Shown in pieces: positions 16,235-24,774 of a stretch of DNA of 64,000 nucleotides. The notes beneath the pieces are model-generated. The model was given only the letters and a program-made list of their open reading frames with translations, did not search any database and was not told the origin of the DNA. Position numbers and translations under genes: made by a program. Source of the stretch: a virus; the IMG/VR virus record IMGVR_UViG_3300045988_159685, one strand, 5' to 3'. Numbering within the stretch: position 1 is the stretch's first letter; each line of letters starts with the position of its first letter.

Positions 16235-16366
16235 CGTAAAACCTCCCTTTTCTGATTTTAAAGACAGATTGACCCTCAAGGGCTTTTACTAAGTGACGCC
16301 TTTTAGGTCGTTTTGAGTAAAAAGAAATTCCGCAAGGGTCAAAAAAATCCGCCTTAAAATTTGCAC

Positions 16367-16397
16367 AAAAAAAAGAGCGACAGAATAACTGTCACTC
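16367..16397 (-). terminator. rho-independent terminator after 16448-17197
   Basis: The minus strand reads GAGTGACAG-TTATT-CTGTCGCTC (9 bp, one G-U pair) followed by T8. Confidence 0.65.
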
Positions 16398-16447
16398 AAT
16401 GTGCGTTGGTGAGGGGCTTTTACAGATACCCCTCAGAACTGTTTAAA

Positions 16448-17197
16448 CTAAGCCTTTACTGGCTCAGCTTTTGTTGCTTCTGGCTCGGCTTTTGCCGTCT
16501 TTTTAGCTGTCTTTTTGGCCGGCTTTTTGGCTGGCTCGGCTGGCTTATCAGCCTGTGAGTCTGCAAGTTTCTTATATGTTTCAGTGGCGTCATCAAGAAC
16601 CGCCTGTTTGATGGAGTTTTTGGCATAACCGAGAGCACACTCTGTCTTGCTCTCACCAAAATTCAACTCCTTAAAGCAGAAGTTAATAAACTGATATACG
16701 CTTACAGGCTTGACAGTCCAGCCCTCAGCAATAGCCTCTCTGTTGGATCTGGCGTATTTAAAGCAGTGTGCCTCTAATGTATCTATATCTGTAGACTTGC
16801 AGTTGACTTTTACACCGAGCCATGTTTTGAGGGCTTTAAGCTCATCAAAACACTCAGACTTTGAGTCTGTCATAGCCTTAATATCGTCAGCATCTCCAGA
16901 CTCCGCAGCACGGCGCTTGCAAAGTCCATAGATGGCAAGTCGTGTCTGTAGAGCTTTGAACGGTTTAAGCCAGCCCTTAAAAGTATCACTGTCGATGTCA
17001 GGTGAAAAAAGCGACTTTGAAAATGATATAGCAAAACCAAAGCCCTCAAGTACAGAGTACATTGTGCGTATAGACTTAATATTAAGCCTCTTAATGTAGC
17101 TCTTGATGTTGTCGATCTGCTCACTTGTTGTTGCTATGACCTCTACACCGTCGCCTGTTTTTGACTCCACGAGTCTGTAATTTTCCAAAATGTTCAT
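16448..17197 (-). CDS. hypothetical protein with Lys/Ala/Pro-rich histone-H1-like C-terminal tail
   Basis: ATG 17197 is preceded by GGAGGG. The C-terminus reads ADKPAEPAKKPAKKTAKKTAKAEPEATKAEPVKA. Confidence 0.6.
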   Translation of the reverse strand: MNILENYRLVESKTGDGVEVIATTSEQIDNIKSYIKRLNIKSIRTMYSVLEGFGFAISFSKSLFSPDIDSDTFKGWLKPFKALQTRLAIYGLCKRRAAESGDADDIKAMTDSKSECFDELKALKTWLGVKVNCKSTDIDTLEAHCFKYARSNREAIAEGWTVKPVSVYQFINFCFKELNFGESKTECALGYAKNSIKQAVLDDATETYKKLADSQADKPAEPAKKPAKKTAKKTAKAEPEATKAEPVKA

Positions 17198-17227
17198 AAT
17201 AGAACCCTCCAATAAAATTTAATTTTT

Positions 17228-17290
17228 GAGCTTTAAAGCCCTATTCAAGCCCACGAGCGACTACTCATGAGCTTTATATAAAGCTTTAAA
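17228..17290. repeat. three AGCTTTA motifs upstream of the first minus-strand operon
   Basis: AGCTTTA at 17229, 17270 and 17282. Same core as the 11292-11370 iterons. Confidence 0.4.
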
Positions 17291-17396
17291 CCGCCTTGCT
17301 TAATTCAAGACAGCTCAAAGAATTAGCCTACTTTTTTTGTGATTGAATTGTACGGCAAGCTTGCGTACTGCAAAGGCATACAGTTACCTTTACTCC

Positions 17397-17420
17397 ACGG
17401 GGCATCACGCCCGTTTTTTT
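17397..17420 (+). terminator. terminator-like hairpin + T7 on plus strand in ORF-free region
   Basis: ACGGG-GCATCACG-CCCGT followed by TTTTTTT. No annotated plus-strand gene lies upstream. Confidence 0.4.
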
Positions 17421-18365
17421 GCTCAGTCGGCTCTTGCTATTCCAACACCCTAGGGGATGCGACTTTACTGCGCTGTCGTCAGGGTATAGCTCGCCCGTAA
17501 AAATACAGGGTCATCGCCGATACTCGCTGAAATTTCAAGCAAGGTCTGAGCTAATTCAATCTATGCTACACTTTTAACCATGAACGGCTCAGCGGTCTGT
17601 TCTCACAGCTCACGGCTCTATCATCTCTGATAGGCATATGTGAGTGCTTTACTGCTCGAATGATATAGTTATAGTTTTTTCAAGATACTGGAGTTTAAAG
17701 AGTTCACGCTCTATGCTACTACATATCACAGGGCTTGATATTTGCTGTGGGTCACTGTATTGTGTAACCCCTTGCCCTGTTGACAATGATAGTATAAGCT
17801 ATATTGAATTAAAAGTCAATAGCTTTTTTGAAAATATTTAAAATGCAAAAATGACTTTTTATTATAAAAAGGAAGCAAGGACTAAATGCAAGCTATTTCG
17901 ATAAGCTTGCATGAGGGGGTTAATAAAAAATATTTTTGTGCCCAGAACGCCGAAGAATCAAAGAGTAACACCATCTTTCACATCCGCCCTATTTTCGCAA
18001 TCTTTTCTTCCGCTCCCCTCCCCTTTTTCATCCACGCATCGTCACTTTTGCAAAAAATGCGATTCTTTGTAATGCAAGCTTTTAGGCTTATGAACGCAAG
18101 GTTTTTTGGTGACGCCCCCGAAAGAAAGCTTGTATTTCGCACATTTGTAAACTTTTTGTGAACGCATTTCTCAAAGGCATAAGCATTTAACGCCGACTTA
18201 ATCCGCCGCCAGAAAGCGACACGCAACCGTGGCGCCGTTTCAGCCCCAACGATCAATCTGAGTCCCATCCTGCAATCGTGCGCTCAGCACGCTTCGTACT
18301 TGCGCTTAATAGATTTATGCCTTAAATATAATTGTCAAAAAACGCATAGATATTTTCTAAAAAGC

Positions 18366-18394
18366 TTGACATTTAGCCAAAAATGGTGTATAAT
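18366..18394 (+). promoter_or_regulatory. consensus sigma70/sigmaA-type promoter
   Basis: TTGACA (18366-18371), 17-nt spacer, TATAAT (18389-18394). It lies 52 nt upstream of the recombinase ATG. Confidence 0.7.
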
Positions 18395-18446
18395 ATGTAT
18401 ATAAGGATAAGGGTGATAAACCCCGTAGATAAAAGGAGATAGACAT

Positions 18447-19235
18447 ATGAGACATTACAAAATCAAGCACGCCCAGCAGGTATTCAGTGGTTCGACCGCC
18501 CCAAAACTTAAGTGCAACGTTATCGACATTGGCGACGCTGTAAAACCAAAGCGACCCGAAATTGAGAAGCGTCCACGCAACAATTCACCGTACACCTCAC
18601 ATGGCAAACCCAAGGCAACCCCTGGCGATCCAATTCGAGACATGGCGGATATTCAAAAGGCAAAAGAGTTCTTGCTCAACAACGGTAAGACTAGACGCAT
18701 CAGACTTCGTAACTACATGTTCTTCACCCTTGGCATTTCAACGGGACTCCGTGGTGGCGACTTAGTTAAAATCAAGATTGGCGATGTGATTACTGAGGGC
18801 GGTAGATTTAAAAGCTATATCAGCTTGTTCGAGGAAAAGACCTCTAAACACAACAATCCAAAGCTTAATTCATCATGCCGTGAAGCAATCAAGACATATC
18901 TCGACTACATCGGCGACTACTCCCTTGAAGACTATCTGTTCAAATCCGAGAAAGGCGGTTGTCTTGACCAATCACAAATCTATAGAATCATTCATTCGCT
19001 TCAAACCGACCTTGGGCTACCATACCACTTGAGCGCACATAGCCTCAGAAAGACCTTTGGCTACTGGACAATAAAGATGCACCCCGACGATTCAAGAGCT
19101 CTTGTGACACTCCAGAGAATGTTAAATCACGATTCACCCGAGACTACACTGATTTACTGCGGAATAACTCAAGACGACAAAGACGCATTCTACGATGACA
19201 TGGATACACTGTTCGATGAGGCTACAACCATATAA
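18447..19235 (+). CDS. short tyrosine recombinase (catalytic domain only, no SAM-like N-domain)
   Basis: GLRGGDLVKIKIGDV (Arg I), HSLRKTF (HxxR), LNHDSPETTLIY (H..Y). RBS AAAGGAGA. Confidence 0.8.
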   Translation: MRHYKIKHAQQVFSGSTAPKLKCNVIDIGDAVKPKRPEIEKRPRNNSPYTSHGKPKATPGDPIRDMADIQKAKEFLLNNGKTRRIRLRNYMFFTLGISTGLRGGDLVKIKIGDVITEGGRFKSYISLFEEKTSKHNNPKLNSSCREAIKTYLDYIGDYSLEDYLFKSEKGGCLDQSQIYRIIHSLQTDLGLPYHLSAHSLRKTFGYWTIKMHPDDSRALVTLQRMLNHDSPETTLIYCGITQDDKDAFYDDMDTLFDEATTI

Positions 19236-19537
19236 CTTCTCGCTACAGGTCTAAGACGTTTATACGAAAGCCGACATAAGCCGGCATAAGCAACTTGACA
19301 AATCACAGTACGCTGTGCATAAAATGGGCACAAATCTCAAGCCTTGCCAAATCAAGGTTCAATGCAGTTCTAGCCGACAGTAATTAAGCAAAGAAAATCC
19401 TGCCGCATTGAATTGGCAACAAACTTGAGTGCGTTTGTCCGAAGTGACAGGTCACTGGAGATTAAACTCTGTCACTGGTCTTGTGAATGCAGGTACATCC
19501 ATAGGTGAAAATTTGCAAGCCCCGATTTATTTGGCAT

Positions 19538-19619
19538 AAGAAAAAAAGAAAAGAAAGAAGCAAAGAAAAGAAATAAAAGAATTATTATATATTATAATAT
19601 ATATATATATATATATTAA
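19538..19619. repeat. ~45-nt polypurine tract followed by (TA)n-rich tract
   Basis: aagaaaaaaagaaaagaaagaagcaaagaaaagaaataaaagaa, then ttattatatattataatatatatatatatatatatta. Confidence 0.8.
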
Positions 19620-19655
19620 TTCTTAAATCACTAGATTTATCTAGTGATTTAAGAA
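19620..19655. repeat. perfect 17-bp inverted repeat with 2-nt spacer
   Basis: ttcttaaatcactagat-tt-atctagtgatttaagaa. Confidence 0.9.
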
Positions 19656-19713
19656 GAGACAATAATCTAGTATTATAACTATTCTTGAATAATAAATATA
19701 AGATTATTGTCTC
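19656..19713. repeat. 13-bp inverted repeat flanking a 32-nt AT-rich spacer
   Basis: gagacaataatct ... agattattgtctc, followed by a second polypurine stretch (19714-19755). Confidence 0.85.
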
Positions 19714-19806
19714 TAAAAGAAAGAATAAATAAGAAAGAAAAGAATTGAATCAATGCCAATATCTTTCAAACCCATTTGACGGTTAAGACCAATAAAGGAG
19801 AAAGAT

Positions 19807-22530
19807 ATGGCATTAAACAAATTATACTATGTGTACGGACTTGATACTGCGTGCCTTTATACACCAGAGGAAAGTGCTATTGAACAAAAAATTATCAAGG
19901 CACGTTGCCTTCGAGCTACGCTCAAAGACAGAATTGCCAAACAAAAGATAACCCCTTGTCTTTGTAAAGGTAAAAAAACTATAGCAAACAAAGACAACAA
20001 AGCCCCATACGTTGGAAAACATCAGAAGCGTCTGCGTTTTCTCAACGATTACATAGCCAGTCATAAAGCATTACTTAAGCAGGAGCTTGCCAAAAATGTA
20101 TCACTCACACGAACCGTGATACCTGACAAGCTCAATATACGTCGCCAGATTTCAATATTTGGCTCTTCCCTTACAAGATATTTCAACCTAAAGGAAAGAG
20201 AGCTTAATGAAGAAATCGTGATTGTAAAAGTTTACTTCTTCGATGTCGCCAAGAGCATTGTGAAGAACGGCTTTTACATGAATGGTCACAAATACGTTTT
20301 CTTCTCAAGTAGTGCGGGGCAAATCAGAACCAAAAAGCTCGTGGCCGTTCGTGAAGATTTACTCAACAAGTATTGGAACGCATTGACGGCAGGCTTGACA
20401 ATTGAAAAGATTAATGAGCAAGGCGGCATGAATGTAAATAAATTTCTTGCCTACCTTGCTCTTTGTAATTCAGCTACTGATTTATGGTGTGACTTCAACA
20501 TTGACGAGTGTATTGTAGTTGACGACTTTGAAACGCTTGTGCATGGTACGGTTGACTTTATAGACGATAAGACCTATAGGATTGAAAGACAAGAAATGAA
20601 TATACCGATCACGCACACCGATGGCTGTGGAATGATACTTCCAGAACTGAGTACAAAAAATTTCATGACAAGATTGCCATGGGTCAAAGGTCTGCTAGCA
20701 AGTTTTGACTTTGTGAAGTTTATCAAGGATAATAATTGCGACCCCGTGATTACTGACGTCTACGGCGATAAGCATAATATCCTTGAGGAAAATATCAAAA
20801 TCATATTTACCAAGAGTCAGTTCAAAATGTGGAAATATTATTCAAACTGGGGTGAATATAAAAACAACTTCAAGAAATATGGAAGCACCGCAGGCAAGTG
20901 TAACATAGAAGAAGGATATATCCCATATGCAACGATCAACTACCAAATGATACAGACACTAATTGATACCACTGACAATGAGATAGCCGCACTTGCTCGT
21001 AAGAGCATGAACGATATTCGCAATCTCGCAACCGATAAAGCAACAATGCTCAAGGTTTTCGGAGCTACAAGCTACAACAAAAATATGAACGGCTTTCAAA
21101 AATGTCTTAAGTTATATCCCGAGCTTTTATCAGACCCATATTCTCGTGCCGCCCTTAAAGACATCAAACATAGCCTTGAGACAGATCAGTGGGCGGCCAA
21201 ATTCAAAACAAGCGGTAAATACACGTTTGTTGTTCCAGACCTTTATGCGTTCTGTGAATATTTATTCTTACATATATCAAATCCTAAAGGACTTTTAAGC
21301 AACGGTGAAGTAAGTTGCAAACTGTTCAAAGATAATATTGAGCTTGATTGTTTACGTTCGCCGCACCTCTACATCGAACATGCCATAAGAACAAATCGTC
21401 ATGTTGACAGTTGGTTTAATACAGATGCAATCTATACAAGTTGTGCCGACTGTATATCGAAAGTTTTGCAGTTCGACAACGACGGTGATAAACTATTGGT
21501 GATTCCAGATGAAACACTAATAAACCTTGCTAAACGAAACTTGCAAAAGTATGACATAGTACCGCTCTTCTATAACATGGCTAAGGCGGGGGCAAAAGAA
21601 CTTACTCCCGATAGCCTGTATGATGGATTAATATGTGCCTACACTGGTGGCAATATTGGCGAAATAAGCAACGCCATTACCAAGGTTTGGAATAGCGGAG
21701 TAATCGACCAAGAAAAAATCAATGTTGTTAAATGGCTTTGTATGGAAAATAACTTCGTCATAGACTACGCCAAGACCTTGTATAAACCCGTTCGTCCTGA
21801 TTGGGTAAACGAAATTATTTCTAAGCACGTCAAGAGCAGAGTTCCACATTTCTTTCAATATGCTAAAGGCAAAGAAACCAATCAAGTAGAAGAAAGAGGT
21901 TTAAACACGGTTGACAGAATTAAGTCGTTGACCCCTATACAAAAGCTTAACTTTAATTTTAAGAACGACAATGTTGGAAAGTTTGATTATAGATTTCTGC
22001 TAAAAAACAAAGAAATTGAAGTCGATGAGAATGTGCTTCAACGCTTTAGGGATATATCAAGCAATCTAAGGTTTTGTGACTCAGATGGAACGGCACTTAA
22101 CTACCAAGCCGTATACGATCAAGCGAAAGAAGAAATGCTTATGCTCGGTCATAACATTGACGATGTTGTAGATATGCTTGTAGAGGATTTATTTCACAGT
22201 AGACGTGTTGAAAAGAAAAAAGCATTTTGGGAAATGTTTGGCGAAGTTGTGTACGAACATTTGTCGAACAATTTATCACAAAATTATATCCAGTGTGCTC
22301 ACTGTCAGAAAAGATTTTATCGTGAAAACTCGAAACAAATTTACTGCAACAAATGTCAAAACAAGAAGTCCATCAAAGCAAATACCAAGATTCTTCAATG
22401 TGCAGGTTGCGGCAAAACCATAACAGTAAGTACAAGATGTCATCGTGAAGCCTACTGCCCTGAGTGTAAAATTCATGCAAGAAATGCGGCAAGACTGAGG
22501 GCGTATTATAAAAATAAGCATCTTGTGTAG
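19807..22530 (+). CDS. YonO/RdRP-like single-subunit two-barrel RNA polymerase (putative) with C-terminal Zn-ribbons
   Basis: 907 aa, RBS AAAGGAGA. FFSSSAGQIRTKK (aa 165-177) resembles the cellular-RdRP/YonO F.FS.SQLR block. CLRSPHLYIEHA followed ~40 aa later by QFDNDGDKL (D557-D561, nt 21475-21489) parallels beta-prime RAPTLHRLGIQAF..NADFDGDQM. The C-terminus carries CAHC..CNKC and CAGC..CPEC. Confidence 0.6.
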   Translation: MALNKLYYVYGLDTACLYTPEESAIEQKIIKARCLRATLKDRIAKQKITPCLCKGKKTIANKDNKAPYVGKHQKRLRFLNDYIASHKALLKQELAKNVSLTRTVIPDKLNIRRQISIFGSSLTRYFNLKERELNEEIVIVKVYFFDVAKSIVKNGFYMNGHKYVFFSSSAGQIRTKKLVAVREDLLNKYWNALTAGLTIEKINEQGGMNVNKFLAYLALCNSATDLWCDFNIDECIVVDDFETLVHGTVDFIDDKTYRIERQEMNIPITHTDGCGMILPELSTKNFMTRLPWVKGLLASFDFVKFIKDNNCDPVITDVYGDKHNILEENIKIIFTKSQFKMWKYYSNWGEYKNNFKKYGSTAGKCNIEEGYIPYATINYQMIQTLIDTTDNEIAALARKSMNDIRNLATDKATMLKVFGATSYNKNMNGFQKCLKLYPELLSDPYSRAALKDIKHSLETDQWAAKFKTSGKYTFVVPDLYAFCEYLFLHISNPKGLLSNGEVSCKLFKDNIELDCLRSPHLYIEHAIRTNRHVDSWFNTDAIYTSCADCISKVLQFDNDGDKLLVIPDETLINLAKRNLQKYDIVPLFYNMAKAGAKELTPDSLYDGLICAYTGGNIGEISNAITKVWNSGVIDQEKINVVKWLCMENNFVIDYAKTLYKPVRPDWVNEIISKHVKSRVPHFFQYAKGKETNQVEERGLNTVDRIKSLTPIQKLNFNFKNDNVGKFDYRFLLKNKEIEVDENVLQRFRDISSNLRFCDSDGTALNYQAVYDQAKEEMLMLGHNIDDVVDMLVEDLFHSRRVEKKKAFWEMFGEVVYEHLSNNLSQNYIQCAHCQKRFYRENSKQIYCNKCQNKKSIKANTKILQCAGCGKTITVSTRCHREAYCPECKIHARNAARLRAYYKNKHLV

Positions 22531-22550
22531 TACAACAAAACTAAAACGAA

Positions 22551-22593
22551 ATCCCCGTAAACGACGTATCTACGTTGTTTGCGGGATTTTTTT
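22551..22593 (+). terminator. rho-independent terminator after the RNAP-like gene
   Basis: 15-bp stem CCCGTAAACGACGTA / TACGTTGTTTGCGGG followed by T7. Confidence 0.7.
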
Positions 22594-22745
22594 GTATATA
22601 AATTTCAAAAAATTACACCCCTTATGGAGAGGAAAAGTCAATATACAAAGAACGGGCTGTCCTACGCTAGCGTTATAATCTTATCAAGTGCGCAGTTATA
22701 AGTTAGGATATATCTCCAAAAATATAGAACAAAAGGATTAGATAA

Positions 22746-22919
22746 ATGATTGAAATTAACAAGTGGGAAGAAAAACAATTAAGAAAGACCATACCGAACC
22801 TGTGCGTTGCAAGAACTGGTAAAAGTAAAAAAGCAAAGCGTGGTAAAATATATGCTGAGCCTACACGCAAGGTGTTATCTACGCTAAAACGGATTCGTGA
22901 AGTTGACTACATCAACTAA
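22746..22919 (+). CDS. small basic protein (57 aa)
   Basis: Hand-translated as MIEINKWEEKQLRKTIPNLCVARTGKSKKAKRGKIYAEPTRKVLSTLKRIREVDYIN. RBS-like AAAGGA. Below the ORF-track cutoff. Confidence 0.4.
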   Translation: MIEINKWEEKQLRKTIPNLCVARTGKSKKAKRGKIYAEPTRKVLSTLKRIREVDYIN

Positions 22920-22936
22920 GGGCAAATGGTGGATAT

Positions 22937-24124
22937 ATGAGTTATAAATATCAACGTTATGAAAATGAAAGCCCCGAAGAATTGATATTCAGGATCTGTA
23001 GTCACAAAAATGAAATTGGTACATGGAGCGACGTAGGTAGGGTGTTGAACGAATTACTTGGTGAAAACTATACCGAGTCTGCTTACCGCAAAAAATATCA
23101 GAGCTTTGAAAAAATGTTCTCAGGCAATCAGAAACTGTTTTCTGATAATGAAGAAGTCTTATCGGAAATATCAGAGCAAAGACGTGAGCTTGAAAAAGAA
23201 AAGATTAAATTCCGTGATGAAAGAAACGCTTGGAACAAACAGAACCGCATTGCGGCAAGAACTGAACAAAAATTAGATTATCTTGAAGAACAGCTTGTCT
23301 CCATGGGTAAAGTGAATTTTAGCAATCATACCACACCTGTAACAGTTAGAGGTAATTCAGATTTGCTTATTACAATTAGTGATATTCACTATGGACTTAA
23401 TTACAACAATTACTTTGGGACGTATAATTCTGACATATGCAAAAACTATCTTGCTAAATATCTCGAAAAGATTATAAGCATTGGATCACGTCATAAGGCA
23501 AGAAATATTCACGTCGTAATGTTAGGCGATATAATTTCTGGCTCAATACATAAGTCGATTCAAATTGCTAACCGCGAAAATGTCATAGAGCAGATTAAAG
23601 GCGTGTCTGAGTTATTGAGTTCATTCGTATATGAACTGTCGAATCATTTTGCAAAAGTCACAGTCACAAGCGTATCAGGAAATCATTCGCGTCTTGACAA
23701 AAAAGATGAAGCACTTCATGACGAAAGACTCGACGACATCGTTTCGTTCATAATGGAAAAGTCATTAAGCAATGTTGACAATATCAGTTTTCAAACTTAC
23801 TACAATTTTGATACAAGCATAGCAAGTATTAAGATATGCGGCAAATTGTATTTCCTTGTACACGGTGACTATGATACACCAAATGAGACAGGCGTAATGC
23901 GCCTATGTAGTATGGTTGGAAACATCCCGTATGCAATAATCATGGGTCATAGACATTCGGCGGCGTACAATGAAATCAACGGGATTGTTATTGTGCAAAG
24001 CGGTTGTTTGTGCGGAAGTGGCGATGACTATACGATACAAAAGCGTCTTAGTGGTTTGCCGAGTCAGACAATTTGTGTATGCTCCGAACATGGCATAGAT
24101 TGTATGTACCCAGTGAAATTTTAG
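22937..24124 (+). CDS. calcineurin-like metallophosphoesterase (SbcD/Mre11-like core) with coiled-coil N-terminal region
   Basis: Motifs ISDIHYG (DxH), MLGDIISG (GD), SGNHSR (GNH), LVHGD and IIMGHRHS (GHxH), in canonical order. Confidence 0.75.
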   Translation: MSYKYQRYENESPEELIFRICSHKNEIGTWSDVGRVLNELLGENYTESAYRKKYQSFEKMFSGNQKLFSDNEEVLSEISEQRRELEKEKIKFRDERNAWNKQNRIAARTEQKLDYLEEQLVSMGKVNFSNHTTPVTVRGNSDLLITISDIHYGLNYNNYFGTYNSDICKNYLAKYLEKIISIGSRHKARNIHVVMLGDIISGSIHKSIQIANRENVIEQIKGVSELLSSFVYELSNHFAKVTVTSVSGNHSRLDKKDEALHDERLDDIVSFIMEKSLSNVDNISFQTYYNFDTSIASIKICGKLYFLVHGDYDTPNETGVMRLCSMVGNIPYAIIMGHRHSAAYNEINGIVIVQSGCLCGSGDDYTIQKRLSGLPSQTICVCSEHGIDCMYPVKF

Positions 24125-24274
24125 CACACTCAATAATCTGTATGGGCAATCAAAAAAATAAATATTCATTGAAGACTTATAATCTTCATGATTACACCAG
24201 GAACCCAACACGCCTCCTAGCAGTGCGTACCACGTTGGGTCTTTAAATTAATTTAGAATGTGAGGAAAAATAAA

Positions 24275-24553
24275 ATGGTAAAGAAAGATATTATAACAGC
24301 CGTATCAAAGAGAACTGGCTTTACAAGAGAAAATTCTGAGGCTGCTATTAATGCAGCAATTGCGGCAATCGTTGACGCTATCAAATCAAATGAGGAAGTA
24401 AGAATTATGGAGCTTGGAAAACTTGAGCCAGTTGTTAGAGCGGCACGCAATAGACATAATCCAAAGACTGGTGAGAAGATATTTGCTCCAGCCTACAAGA
24501 GTTACAGATTCAAGATGAATTCTGTGCTCAAGGATTTTGTCAGAAACAACTAA
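24275..24553 (+). CDS. hup: HU/IHF-family DNA-binding protein
   Basis: MVKKDIITAVSKRTGFT..AAINAAI..VRIMELGKLEPVVRAARNRHNPKTGEKIFAPAYKSYRFKMNSVLKD aligns by eye along the whole length of bacterial HU. ATG 24275 follows GAGGAAAA. Confidence 0.85.
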   Translation: MVKKDIITAVSKRTGFTRENSEAAINAAIAAIVDAIKSNEEVRIMELGKLEPVVRAARNRHNPKTGEKIFAPAYKSYRFKMNSVLKDFVRNN

Positions 24554-24601
24554 TTATAGCATATTCAAATCTCCTTTTCAGTGTCTTAATATTGACAGAT
24601 A

Positions 24602-24624
24602 GAGGACGGCAATAGTCGTCCTTT
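24602..24624 (+). terminator. weak terminator-like hairpin after HU gene
   Basis: AGGACG-8 nt loop-CGTCCT followed by TTT. Confidence 0.35.
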
Positions 24625-24628
24625 ACAT

Positions 24629-24704
24629 TGCGGAGTAGAGAAAAGGTATCTCGCTTGTTTCATAGGCAAGAGATTATTGGTTCGAGTCCAATCTCACGCA
24701 ACCA
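24629..24704 (+). tRNA. tRNA-Met/Ile2-like (anticodon CAU) with a bulged A in the acceptor stem
   Basis: Hand fold: TGCGGAG-TA-GAGA-AAAGGTA-TCTC-G-CTTGT-TTCATAG-GCAAG-AGATT-ATTGG-TTCGAGT-CCAAT-CTC(A)CGCA-A-CCA. All arms are canonical except the extra A on the 3' acceptor strand. Confidence 0.5.
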
Positions 24705-24774
24705 ATTGGGGTACGGTTTATGAGGTTTTGTAGACCCATAAAAACAAAACCTAAAATGAAAGAAAGGAGACGCT

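Noticed and set aside
17886-18268. ORFs 17886-18161 (+) and 17978-18268 (-)
   Set aside because: They mutually overlap, have no RBS, have odd composition and lie in the structured non-coding region. I treat the interval as non-coding.
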